From an uncultured Lachnospiraceae bacterium (GTDB lineage Bacteria; Bacillota; Clostridia; Oscillospirales; CAG-272), in NCBI GenBank assembly GCA_964472845.1, contig CAYYND010000004.1, positions 1-38,154 of the forward strand: 38,154 nucleotides of DNA, given 5' to 3'. Below the pieces are notes generated by a model. The model worked only from the letters and a program-made list of their open reading frames with translations. It searched no databases and was not told the DNA's origin. The position numbers and the translations under genes were made by a program. This document shows, piece after piece, positions 19,015 through 28,496 of the stretch. How positions within the stretch are numbered: the first letter of the stretch is position 1; each line of letters opens with the position of its first letter.

Positions 19015-19890
19015 TCAGACAAGAAGTCCGACGCAAACACCGACGCATACGCTTACGGTGTAGAGCAGAGCGAGTACCGCAAGGTTTTGCTTTTTGCTTT
19101 TGTTGACCTTAAAGAGCACTAAAAGTCCGACTCCCGAGCCCGAGAGCAATCCCGCCATCATGGGACCCGCGGAGATGAGTCCGTCAAGGTAGAGCTCGGT
19201 GATAATAACGGAGGAGGCGCAGTTCGGTATCAGACCTATGAGTGCCGCGATCGCCTCGCCGAGAACGGGAACCGAGGAAAAGACCGTCGAGAGCGTGTCC
19301 TCTCCTATTGCATATATCAAGAGGTTCATCGCAGCCGTTGCGATGAAGATAAACAGAGTGATCTGAAGCGTGTGGAACAGTGCCGATAAGAAGATGCCTC
19401 TTTCGCAGTGGCAGTGACCGTCCTCGCAGAGCTCGTGTATCGAGCTTGCGGCAGTGTCCTCGGATCTTTTTTGCTTTCTTAAGACCGCAATAACTATATC
19501 TATCGCAAAGCCCACCGCGATTCCGACGAAAGCCTTACATAAAAGTATTGGCAGTATTCGAGAAAGAGATACCTGCTCCGAGATCATAATAGGCAACATC
19601 TCATCCGATGTGGACAGGAAAAGTGCTGTCAGCGTACCGAGAGAGATCATACGTCCCGCATAAAGTCCCGATGCTGCCGCCGAAAATCCGCATTGAGGGA
19701 CTATTCCGAGCAGTCCTCCGACGAGCGGACCGAGCTTGCCTGACGACGAGATCAGCTTTTGCGCGCGTTCACCGCCCTTGTGCTCTATAAATTCCATCAA
19801 GAGATATGCGAGATAAAGGAACGGAACGAGAATAAGCGTATCCTTTACCGCGTGTAAGAGCTCGTGTAATATATCGTGTATAATTTCCAT
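19015..19890 (-). CDS. putative heavy-metal (manganese) permease
   Basis: Duplicated GIVPQCG and GLIPNCAS motifs, STSDE, His/Cys loop HELCEDGHCHC; AAGGAAG RBS. Confidence 0.75.
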   Translation of the reverse strand: MEIIHDILHELLHAVKDTLILVPFLYLAYLLMEFIEHKGGERAQKLISSSGKLGPLVGGLLGIVPQCGFSAAASGLYAGRMISLGTLTALFLSTSDEMLPIMISEQVSLSRILPILLCKAFVGIAVGFAIDIVIAVLRKQKRSEDTAASSIHELCEDGHCHCERGIFLSALFHTLQITLFIFIATAAMNLLIYAIGEDTLSTVFSSVPVLGEAIAALIGLIPNCASSVIITELYLDGLISAGPMMAGLLSGSGVGLLVLFKVNKSKKQNLAVLALLYTVSVCVGVCVGLLV

Positions 19891-19984
19891 AGAGTGTAAA
19901 CTTCCTTTTTTATTCCTCGCGCCCTGTCCTTTCAACGACCTCGAAAGGAATAAGCGCATCCTTACCCATTATAATACGATAAAA

Positions 19985-20013
19985 ATTATATCACTTGTCA
20001 CTCGGATTGTCAA
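19985..20013 (-). promoter_or_regulatory. promoter for the metal permease gene run
   Basis: TTGACA-17-TATAAT with extended -10 TG. Confidence 0.75.
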
Positions 20014-20094
20014 GAGACAGGATCGAAAGTGTTATAATATAATTGTATATGATCGTAATACCGCATATGCTTACGGTAAAATCGTCGCGCTTTG

Positions 20095-20123
20095 TTGACA
20101 AAAGGGGGCATATGTGTTAAAAT
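20095..20123 (+). promoter_or_regulatory. promoter for the TIGR00266 gene
   Basis: TTGACA-17-TAAAAT with extended -10 TG. Confidence 0.7.
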
Positions 20124-20212
20124 CTATTTAACGTGCTTTGGATGCTGCGGCATTTTTGCGGCTTGCGGCAATTCGGTAATTTATAAAAAATCAGCAGAAA
20201 GGAACAAGTGCT

Positions 20213-20893
20213 ATGAAATATGAGATCTGGGGCGGCGGTATGCCTGCCGTAACCTTGACCCTCGATAAGGGAGAAAGTATCTATACTCAATCGGGAGGAC
20301 TCTCTTGGATGAGTGACGGAATAGAAATGTCTACGAATGCTCGCGGAGGCTTCGGCAAGAGCCTTGGCAGGCTCTTTATGGGAGAGTCCATCTTTATGGC
20401 AAATTATACCTCGCGACGTCCCGATACGAGCATCACGCTGTCCTCAACTATGCCGGGAACAATAAAAGCATTCAGAATAACGCCGGGCTATGAGCTTATA
20501 GCGCAGAAGCAGTCGTTTTTGTGTGCCACTCAGGGAGTTGAGCTGTCAGTTAAATGGTCGAGAGCGCGCGCAGGATTTTTCGGCGGAGAGGGCTTTGTAT
20601 TGCAAAGCATCAGCGGCGATGGAATGGCATTCTTCGAGCTTGACGGCTCTCTCAAGGAATACGACCTGAAACCCGGTGAGGTCTTAAAGGTCGACACGGG
20701 TCACGTGGCAATGTTTGAGGCATCGGTGGACTACGATATAGAGACCGTGAGAGGCTTCAAAAATGTACTCTTCGGCGGAGAGGGACTTTTTCTGACCGTG
20801 CTGAGGGGTCCCGGAAAGGTATGGTTGCAGACTATGACGGTGGGCGATATGGCGGCAAAGATCATTCCGTATATTCCCACTTCAAACGATTGA
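20213..20893 (+). CDS. TIGR00266/AIM24 family protein
   Basis: GESIF, FFGGEGF, VDTGHV, LFGGEGLF, GPGKVWLQT motifs. Confidence 0.9.
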   Translation: MKYEIWGGGMPAVTLTLDKGESIYTQSGGLSWMSDGIEMSTNARGGFGKSLGRLFMGESIFMANYTSRRPDTSITLSSTMPGTIKAFRITPGYELIAQKQSFLCATQGVELSVKWSRARAGFFGGEGFVLQSISGDGMAFFELDGSLKEYDLKPGEVLKVDTGHVAMFEASVDYDIETVRGFKNVLFGGEGLFLTVLRGPGKVWLQTMTVGDMAAKIIPYIPTSND

Positions 20894-20905
20894 GATACGC
20901 ATAAA

Positions 20906-21418
20906 ATGACATACGATACAAGAGATGTTTTAAATCGTCCCGAAGGACCCCGCCCCGATTCGTCGGTAAGGCACGCCGAGATCGCACGAGAGCTTTTCCT
21001 CAGCGGAAGCAACTGCGCTCAGTCGGTCTTTTGCGCCTATTGCGACATCACGGGATATAACAGAGAGCAGGCATTGAGGCTTGCCTCTTCATTCGGCGGC
21101 GGAATGGGAAGAATGCGAGAGGTCTGCGGAGCACTTTCGGCGGTCTATATCATAATAGGAATTCTTTACGGTTATTCGGAACCGGGGAACGATGAGGAGA
21201 AAGGGAAGCATTATGCCCTCGTTCAGGATATTGCCGTAAGGTTCAAGCAAAAAAACGGCACTATCATTTGCCGCGAGCTTCTTAAAGAGCTTGAGGTTGG
21301 AAGCCTTCCCACTCCCACGCCGCGAACTGCGGAATATTACAGAATTCGTCCTTGCGCAAGATTTGTTATGGACGCGTGCGATATACTTGACGAGATCATA
21401 GCGGAGAAGGGTATTTAG
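20906..21418 (+). CDS. C_GCAxxG_C_C family putative redox protein
   Basis: NCAQSV, FGGGMGRMREVCGALS, ICRELL, RPC. Confidence 0.88.
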   Translation: MTYDTRDVLNRPEGPRPDSSVRHAEIARELFLSGSNCAQSVFCAYCDITGYNREQALRLASSFGGGMGRMREVCGALSAVYIIIGILYGYSEPGNDEEKGKHYALVQDIAVRFKQKNGTIICRELLKELEVGSLPTPTPRTAEYYRIRPCARFVMDACDILDEIIAEKGI

Positions 21419-21517
21419 ACTTGCCGCGGAACGGAGGACGATGCTGCCGTCGGATCGAACGGCATCGAGATCCTTTGACCGCGAAATCCTCGGATGAGCC
21501 GCCTTTGCGGCGGCGTA

Positions 21518-21546
21518 TTGACTTTTTCCGATGTTTGGTATATAAT
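21518..21546 (+). promoter_or_regulatory. promoter for the ClC gene
   Basis: TTGACT-17-TATAAT. Confidence 0.7.
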
Positions 21547-21597
21547 ATACGGGACATAAAGTATAAATAAAGCTTAGAAAGAAGTTAAAAATCTAAA

Positions 21598-23223
21598 ATG
21601 AATCGCAATCCCCATTCAAAAAACAAATTTCTGCATTATACGATCTCGTTTTTTCTTCTGCCCGCCGCGGCAGGACTCATAACGGGCGGGTTCGTGTTTT
21701 GCTTTAAACTCTTAGCCGAGCATATTATGGATCTTTCACACGATATCTATCATTTCGTGGGCGAGCATCCCATATACATAACACTGCTTGTTCCGGGCGT
21801 GTGCGCAGTCGCCGTCCTTGCTATGCTCTTCAAACGGATAGACCCCGCCTCGAGCGGCGGCGGGATCCCGACAGCTATCGCCGCGATGCGAGGTATTTTA
21901 CCGTTCAAGTGGATCAGAACCTTGATCTGCGTCTTTTTCTCATCGCTGTGCACTTTTATCTCGGGCGTGCCGCTCGACAACGAGGGACCGAGCGTTCAAA
22001 TGGGCGCTTGCATAGGCAGAGGTGTGTCAAAGCTGACGGGTAAGCGCTTCAAAGGCGCGGACAGATACGTAATGACGGGCGGAGCCTGCGCCGGCATAGC
22101 CGTGGCTACGGGAGCCCCCATATCGGGTATCTTTTTTGCACTTGAGGATTCGCACAGAAGATTTACGCCGACTCTGTTTATTTCTGCTTCGGTCGGAGTA
22201 TTTTGCGGCGTGTTCTCGGCGAGCCTGCTTGAACGTATATGCGGCATCAGCTTTTCGCATTTTCTTATCCCCGAGCAGGCGGCGCTGGATTTTCAGCATA
22301 TTTGGATAGTTATTCTCATAGCCGTAATGGCGGTCGTAATAAATCACGGCATACTTTTCGCGTTTGAATGCTCCAAAAAGGTAAAGGAAAGGATCACGGC
22401 TATATCACCTTTTGCACGTAAGCTGACGTTTGCCGCCTCCTTCGTGATAATGGCTCTGTGCGGCGTGGTTCTCCCCGACCTTCTCGGAACGGGACATCAC
22501 CTGACTGATGAGGTCATACTCGGCAATCGCGTTTGGTACATTCTCGTCATCGCCATAGTTGTAAGAGGTATCTTCATCTCGGCTGCCAGCGTCGGAAACG
22601 CCGCAGGCGGACTTTTTGTGCCTCTCATAACATTCGGAGCTATGACGGGCGCGCTCTGCGCCAAGATCCTTATCGGTCTCGGCGTCATACCTCCCGAGCT
22701 TTACGGCGCTTTGGTCGTTATGGGGATAGGAGCCTTCCTCAGCGTGGCTCACAAAACACCGATAACCGCCATATTGTTTACTGTTGAGATTTTCGGCGGT
22801 ATCTCGAACGCACTCTATCTTATTCTGAGCGTTTCCGTAGCGTACATACTGTCCGAGCTGCTCAACGCGGAGTCCATCAACGACGCCGTTATGGAGCATA
22901 GGATCGAAAAGGCGCACAGAGGCAAGACCGCCGAGATCATCGACACCGTGCTCACGGTGAAGCCGGATGCCTTTGTCATAGGTCTTGAAACGCGAGACAT
23001 TCTTTGGCCCGCATCGTGTCGGGTGCTGAATATACGTCATTCACCGAGCTTTACCAAATCTCACGCACACGGTATGCAAGAGGGCGATAAGCTTCATATG
23101 CACTTTTTGACATATGATTTTAATGCCACGGCAAATGAACTGTGCGCTCTGCTCGGCGAACAGAACGTTCCGAGAGAATATTCCTCGGATATGTTGGCAC
23201 AAAAACAGCCAAAAGGTGTTTAA
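21598..23223 (+). CDS. ClC-family anion channel/transporter with C-terminal TrkA-C-like domain
   Basis: GGGIP, NEGPSVQMG, GAPISGIFFALE, GGLFVP, TPITA motifs. Confidence 0.88.
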   Translation: MNRNPHSKNKFLHYTISFFLLPAAAGLITGGFVFCFKLLAEHIMDLSHDIYHFVGEHPIYITLLVPGVCAVAVLAMLFKRIDPASSGGGIPTAIAAMRGILPFKWIRTLICVFFSSLCTFISGVPLDNEGPSVQMGACIGRGVSKLTGKRFKGADRYVMTGGACAGIAVATGAPISGIFFALEDSHRRFTPTLFISASVGVFCGVFSASLLERICGISFSHFLIPEQAALDFQHIWIVILIAVMAVVINHGILFAFECSKKVKERITAISPFARKLTFAASFVIMALCGVVLPDLLGTGHHLTDEVILGNRVWYILVIAIVVRGIFISAASVGNAAGGLFVPLITFGAMTGALCAKILIGLGVIPPELYGALVVMGIGAFLSVAHKTPITAILFTVEIFGGISNALYLILSVSVAYILSELLNAESINDAVMEHRIEKAHRGKTAEIIDTVLTVKPDAFVIGLETRDILWPASCRVLNIRHSPSFTKSHAHGMQEGDKLHMHFLTYDFNATANELCALLGEQNVPREYSSDMLAQKQPKGV

Positions 23224-23266
23224 GTATATGAATTATGTGAAATTATGTTAGAGGAGAAGATTGATT

Positions 23267-25498
23267 ATGAAAAAATTAAGTAAGCTGCTTATCATCGCTC
23301 TTGTGCTTGTGCTTATGCTTGCACTTGTTGCTTGTGACAGCGAAAATAACGGTGACGAGACCAAGAGTCCCGCGGACACCAACTCGGAGACGAACACGCC
23401 GAGTGATTCGGACAACGTTACGGATGATTCCAACGGTACACAGGATCCGTCGGATCCTTCGAAGGATCCCTCGAATGACACTGCGGATGCCGCAACGGGC
23501 ACAAACAAGCCCGAGCAACCCACAGAGCCCGCGGATCCCGATAAGACTGCCAAAATAGTTGACTCTGTAAACCAAACGATCGAGGCACTTGCAAGTAATA
23601 TCGGCGGTCAGACGGGAAGCGAGCTTCCCTCGATTTCGTTTGACTCTCTCGTCGAGCTTTTCAAAAAGCTTGATCTGGAGATAACCGGAATTTCCGGCTA
23701 CGAAGATCTTATCATTATCAAAAACGGAATAATCTCTTATACCCCAAAGAAGTCCATCATTGACTCTATAATCGGAGATCCGACACAAAAATATATCGGT
23801 AAGCTCTATTCAAACGGAGTGGTGAATATTTACAGTGACAGCAACGGTACAAACGGATATATTTCATCCTTTGAAGATGCCTTCGATATGGATATCTCCT
23901 CGATCCCTTCGATAGATCTCACACCGGTGCTCAATGCCTTAAAGCTCGCCAAGGGCGATATAAAGGCGGATGTTGAAAAGCAAATGTATACCTTCTCGGA
24001 GAGCTATCTTGCCCGTGTTTCGAAGGCAATATATGACCTTGTTAAATCGAGCGGCGAGCAGATATCCGTGTTTGGCGTAAACGAAAACAATGTTGTCAGC
24101 TCTCTTGTACTTGACTTCGGCAAATTTGAGTCCGAGGGCAAGATCAGCGCCACTGCAAAGATAGGCAAGACGGGCAAGGAGATAGCTCTTGATCTGACCG
24201 TCGGCGATACGAATTTTGAAATGAATGTTGAATGTAAGGATATGTTTACATTCAATATGAAGCTTTCGGGCACGCAGGAAGCAATCACAAGCTTTGAACT
24301 CAACGCAGAGCTTTCCCCTGCAAACTTAAAGCTTGCCGTAAAGGGCAGCCGTGCGGAAAATACGAGCTTTGAGGCAACTCTTTCCGACCTTAAGTCCACG
24401 GCGCTGATAACCGTTGCGGGTACGAGCAAGACCGAGACCAACGGAAAAACAGCGGTAAACGTCGAGATCGCCATTGATGTTGAAAAGATCGGCACTGCGT
24501 TCGGCGGCAGTACTGAAAAGCTTTATGGCGACAGTGCCTCGGATGGCGTAAAGAAGGTGAACATTAAGATCGGATGTACGGTTACCCCCAATGCGAACGG
24601 TGCCCCCGATATAAACGTGTCGGCATCCGTTACGACCGACGGCACGGAGATGCTCACGGGAGAACTTTATATCTCCGCCTCCGCTATAACGACGCCCTCC
24701 AAGGAATGTGCGTCGCTCAACATAGCTATCAGCAACCTCGGAAAACTCAACGCATCCGTAAAGACCGTGGCTTATTCCGATAAAGGATTTGAGTATCAGC
24801 TCGTTTTGGAATATCCCGACGGAGAATCGAGTATGGCAAAGATGAAATTGACGTTAAAGGCACCCTCCGACTGCGAGATAATACTTACGGATATCGAAAA
24901 GAAATATATAGAGAAAGCCGATAAGGTCTTTGCAAATTACAAGGCGATCACGGATAAGATAGATGAGCTTAATGCTCTCGCCGCCGTATACGCAAATACC
25001 GTATACAATTACGGGGATACCAATTCATTCTTTACGATGGATAAGACCCTGGGGATCGTTTATCTCACAACCATATATCCCACGAACGATTCGGGATACA
25101 GAATCAATACCCGGATCTCGCTGGAAGACAAAAACTATGGATTGTACTACGCGGAAAATCTCGGTAACTTCATAGACCACAAGAAGAGTCGTATGGATGT
25201 CATAGAGACGGAGATATTGGAGGTTCTTGAAAAGGAAAAAGCACATTTTGGCGACAACTTTGTGAAATATGCCGTTTGCTGTAAGGATCCCGAATCCGAT
25301 CATTATATCGTTTTTGTGTATCTTCGCGGTACGTATTCGTTAGATTATAAGCCCACCGCAAAAGATATTTACTGTGACTATATCCATTGGTATACTCTCG
25401 GATCCGGTAAGATCCACAACTTCGTTTCTTCAAACTACGGCAAGACCTGCACGGACTGCGGACTGTCTATTATGGATATCGAAAATATATTTGGCTGA
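23267..25498 (+). CDS. lipoprotein of unknown function
   Basis: MKK + hydrophobic stretch + LVAC lipobox; D/S/T/P-rich linker; GAGGAG RBS. Confidence 0.8.
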   Translation: MKKLSKLLIIALVLVLMLALVACDSENNGDETKSPADTNSETNTPSDSDNVTDDSNGTQDPSDPSKDPSNDTADAATGTNKPEQPTEPADPDKTAKIVDSVNQTIEALASNIGGQTGSELPSISFDSLVELFKKLDLEITGISGYEDLIIIKNGIISYTPKKSIIDSIIGDPTQKYIGKLYSNGVVNIYSDSNGTNGYISSFEDAFDMDISSIPSIDLTPVLNALKLAKGDIKADVEKQMYTFSESYLARVSKAIYDLVKSSGEQISVFGVNENNVVSSLVLDFGKFESEGKISATAKIGKTGKEIALDLTVGDTNFEMNVECKDMFTFNMKLSGTQEAITSFELNAELSPANLKLAVKGSRAENTSFEATLSDLKSTALITVAGTSKTETNGKTAVNVEIAIDVEKIGTAFGGSTEKLYGDSASDGVKKVNIKIGCTVTPNANGAPDINVSASVTTDGTEMLTGELYISASAITTPSKECASLNIAISNLGKLNASVKTVAYSDKGFEYQLVLEYPDGESSMAKMKLTLKAPSDCEIILTDIEKKYIEKADKVFANYKAITDKIDELNALAAVYANTVYNYGDTNSFFTMDKTLGIVYLTTIYPTNDSGYRINTRISLEDKNYGLYYAENLGNFIDHKKSRMDVIETEILEVLEKEKAHFGDNFVKYAVCCKDPESDHYIVFVYLRGTYSLDYKPTAKDIYCDYIHWYTLGSGKIHNFVSSNYGKTCTDCGLSIMDIENIFG

Positions 25499-25578
25499 TC
25501 TAAAGATCAAGGTCGGATAATATTCCGAGCACTGTGTACCGTATGCGCGGTATGTAACGACTCCGTAATATAAAGCTT

Positions 25579-25625
25579 AAATATCCCGAGTATCTGAGTT
25601 TCTCGCTTTGATGCTCGGGATATTT
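25579..25625 (+). terminator. hairpin after the lipoprotein gene
   Basis: AAATATCCCGAGTATC...GATGCTCGGGATATTT. Confidence 0.65.
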
Positions 25626-25708
25626 CTGCTTTCGTGTGCAAAAATAAAATACACCTCCTAAAGTTGCCCGCTTGATACCGAGCCGCCCGAAAAACGCGAA
25701 AAAATCTC

Positions 25709-25736
25709 TTGACAACGCAACTATTTATGATATAAT
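25709..25736 (+). promoter_or_regulatory. folT-folC promoter
   Basis: TTGACA-16-TATAAT with extended -10 TG. Confidence 0.7.
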
Positions 25737-25780
25737 TATGTTGTAATGCGTGTTGCGTATTGCAAATAAATATTAAGTAA

Positions 25781-25894
25781 GAAGAGTAAGGATATAAGCG
25801 TCAAGTGCCTGTCGGACGGGGAGTTGCCGACGGGACGAAAAGGAGCTTCCGACAAGAGATCGCTCCTTGCGGCTCATATCCTGCATCCCGCTTC
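25781..25894 (+). ncRNA. THF riboswitch
   Basis: AGAGTA...GCGTCAAGTG...GGACGGGGAGTTGCC...ACGAA...TTGCGG...GCATCCCGCT fits the THF aptamer pattern; directly upstream of a folate ECF S gene. Confidence 0.9.
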
Positions 25895-25971
25895 ATACGG
25901 CAAAAGAAATAAGGATACCTATCTCCTCGTTCCCTCGCCATATGCAGTTTGGGAAAAGGAGGTTTTTTAGA

Positions 25972-26511
25972 ATGAAGCAAAATGCAAAAATCAGCGTGCT
26001 TTCAAGTGCCAAAAACGTGACTCTCTTGGCAATGATGACGGCACTTTCCGTCATTATCGGCATATTCTGCAAGAATTTTTTGAGCTTCGGATCGGGGCTG
26101 TTCCGCGTCACATTTGAAAATTTGCCGATCATCCTCTCGGGGATCCTGTTCGGCCCGATAGCGGGAGGGCTTGTCGGCGTTTCATCGGATCTGATCAGCT
26201 ACCTGCTCTCGTCGCAGATATATCCGCCCAATCTCATCATTACCGCGGGCGCATGCGCCGTAGGTATAGTTTCGGGACTTGTGCCGCGACTTATAGTCAA
26301 AAAAAAGGGAACACTTCAGATAGCCGTATCGGGCGTGCTTGCGCACATAGTCGGATCTATGATAATAAAGCCCATCGGTCTTTATCAGTTTTACGGTATC
26401 CTCGTGCTCTGGCGTATACCGCTCTATCTTCTGATCGCTCCGATAGAGATATTTATACTGTGCACTATGCTGAAGAGACCGAGCTTTTGCAAGCTGACGG
26501 GATACCTTTGA
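25972..26511 (+). CDS. folT: folate ECF transporter S component
   Basis: AMMTALSVIIG, GILFGPIAGGLVG..SD, about six TMs; THF riboswitch upstream and folC downstream. Confidence 0.88.
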   Translation: MKQNAKISVLSSAKNVTLLAMMTALSVIIGIFCKNFLSFGSGLFRVTFENLPIILSGILFGPIAGGLVGVSSDLISYLLSSQIYPPNLIITAGACAVGIVSGLVPRLIVKKKGTLQIAVSGVLAHIVGSMIIKPIGLYQFYGILVLWRIPLYLLIAPIEIFILCTMLKRPSFCKLTGYL

Positions 26512-26549
26512 TCCCACGGGTAATGAAGGTAACGAAAGGAAGTGGCTGA

Positions 26550-27812
26550 ATGAATTATCGGGAAGCGGTTGAATATATATGCGGAATAAATCCGCTGTTT
26601 TGCGATCCCGGGCTTGCGCGAGTCGAAGCACTTTGCGAGCAGCTCGAACACCCCGAAAAGGGACTGAAATTTATACACGTTGCGGGCACGAACGGCAAGG
26701 GCTCTTTTTGTTCGATGATGTCGTCGGCCTTGCGCGCGGCGGGATATAAGACGGGACTTTTTACCTCTCCGAATATAAAGGACTTCAATGAGCGTATTCA
26801 GATAAACGGCAAAAATATTCCGAATGAAAGGCTCGTTGAGATCACGGAGCGGATACGTCCGATAGCGGACGCGATGAAAGATAAGCCGACCGAATTTGAA
26901 CTGATCACCGTTATCGCGTTTGAATATTTTGCACGTGAAAAATGTGACGTCGTCGTGCTCGAGGTTGGGCTCGGAGGCAGACTCGACGCGACCAATGTCA
27001 TAAGAGAACCGCTTTTGTCGGTCATTACGGGTATAGCTCTCGACCATACGGCAATACTCGGCGATACGGTAGAGAAGATCGCATCGGAAAAGGCGGGGAT
27101 AATCAAGGACGAGTCCCCCGTGCTTTTCGGAGGAGACTCGGATGCGGCTTTCGCGGTGATCTCCGATATAGCGCAAAAGAGGGGCTCCGATGTATTTCGC
27201 ACGGATCGCTCGGCACTTCGCAATATACGAGCCGATCTTTCGGGAAGCTCGTTTGATTACAGAGACAGAAAAGCCGTTGAAATAAGGCTTCTTGGGCTTT
27301 ATCAGCCGCAAAACGCCTCGACGGTGCTCGATGCGATAGATATTCTGAGGCGCAGAGGAATGAATATTCCCGAGAGTGCGGTGCGAGAAGGGCTTCTGTG
27401 TGCGGTATGGAATGCAAGATTTGAACGTGTCTGCGATGAGCCGCTGATAATTTTTGACGGCGCGCACAATCCGCAGGGGATCGCTCAAGCGGTCGCAAGC
27501 ATAAAGCACTACTTCGTAGGGGAAAAGGTATATCTTCTTACGGGAGTGCTCCGAGACAAGAACTATACCGAGATCGCGCATATGCTCTCCGAGGTCGCCT
27601 GCCGCGCCTTTACGCTGACCCCCGCTTCTCCCCGCGCGCTGAGCTCGGAAGAATACGCGAGAGTGCTCAACGAGTCGGGTATAGACGCGTCACCGTATGA
27701 GAGTATCGAGGCGGCATTCCGCGCGGCAAAGACCGCGGCACGCGAGGACAAGGTTCCGTTGATATGCCTCGGATCGTTGTACGTATACCGCTCGCTTTGC
27801 CCTTTATTTTGA
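26550..27812 (+). CDS. folC: folylpolyglutamate synthase/dihydrofolate synthase
   Basis: HVAGTNGKGS, FNERI, EVGLGGRLDATN, EKAGIIK, DGAHNP, GSLY. Confidence 0.96.
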   Translation: MNYREAVEYICGINPLFCDPGLARVEALCEQLEHPEKGLKFIHVAGTNGKGSFCSMMSSALRAAGYKTGLFTSPNIKDFNERIQINGKNIPNERLVEITERIRPIADAMKDKPTEFELITVIAFEYFAREKCDVVVLEVGLGGRLDATNVIREPLLSVITGIALDHTAILGDTVEKIASEKAGIIKDESPVLFGGDSDAAFAVISDIAQKRGSDVFRTDRSALRNIRADLSGSSFDYRDRKAVEIRLLGLYQPQNASTVLDAIDILRRRGMNIPESAVREGLLCAVWNARFERVCDEPLIIFDGAHNPQGIAQAVASIKHYFVGEKVYLLTGVLRDKNYTEIAHMLSEVACRAFTLTPASPRALSSEEYARVLNESGIDASPYESIEAAFRAAKTAAREDKVPLICLGSLYVYRSLCPLF

Positions 27813-27869
27813 AGTGCGCTTGTATCATTTAAACATTAGTAAGATCAAAAGGTCAAAAAGGAGGCTAAA

Positions 27870-28448
27870 ATGACAAACAAAGAACGGTTTATGGAAATAT
27901 TTCAATCTAAGGTAAAGAGAGAGGGCGCAGATAAACTTTTAGCCTATCTTGACTCGGATGCAAACGATTTCTTCCGCGCGCCCGCAAGCACAAAGTTTCA
28001 CGGTGCATATCCCGGGGGATTGCTCGAGCATAGCCTTAACGTTTACGACTGCCTTTGCGATATAATGTCAAGACCGAGATATAAAGAGGTCTACGGCGTT
28101 ACGGCAAGCGAGGAAAGCATAGCAATAGTATCTCTGCTTCACGATATCTGCAAGACGAACTTTTACGTCGAGAGCACGAGAAACGTAAAGGAGAACGGCG
28201 TTTGGAAGGAAGTGCCGTACTATACTATAAATGACCCCCTTCCGTACGGTCACGGCGAGAAGTCCGTATACATAATCTCGGGATTTATGAGACTTACTCG
28301 CGACGAGGCGTTTGCAATAAGGTATCATATGGGCTTTTCCAATACCGACGACAAAAATTCCGTAGGATCGGCGTTTGAAAAGTTTCCGCTCGCCTTTGCC
28401 CTCAGCACGGCGGATATGGAAGCCACATTCTTTATGGAAAAGCAATAA
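27870..28448 (+). CDS. HD-domain hydrolase
   Basis: APASTKFHG, GGLLEHSLNV, LLHDICK, GHGEKS, IRYHMG. Confidence 0.88.
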   Translation: MTNKERFMEIFQSKVKREGADKLLAYLDSDANDFFRAPASTKFHGAYPGGLLEHSLNVYDCLCDIMSRPRYKEVYGVTASEESIAIVSLLHDICKTNFYVESTRNVKENGVWKEVPYYTINDPLPYGHGEKSVYIISGFMRLTRDEAFAIRYHMGFSNTDDKNSVGSAFEKFPLAFALSTADMEATFFMEKQ

Positions 28449-28496
28449 GACCTTACCTAACCAACACCGGAACACCGAGCTGAAAGGAGAAAAGAT

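Noticed and set aside
19891-19978. yybP-ykoY manganese riboswitch
   Set aside because: The conserved GGGGAGUA and related motifs are not seen
26424-27581. 385-aa ORF antisense to folC
   Set aside because: Shadow frame of a conserved gene
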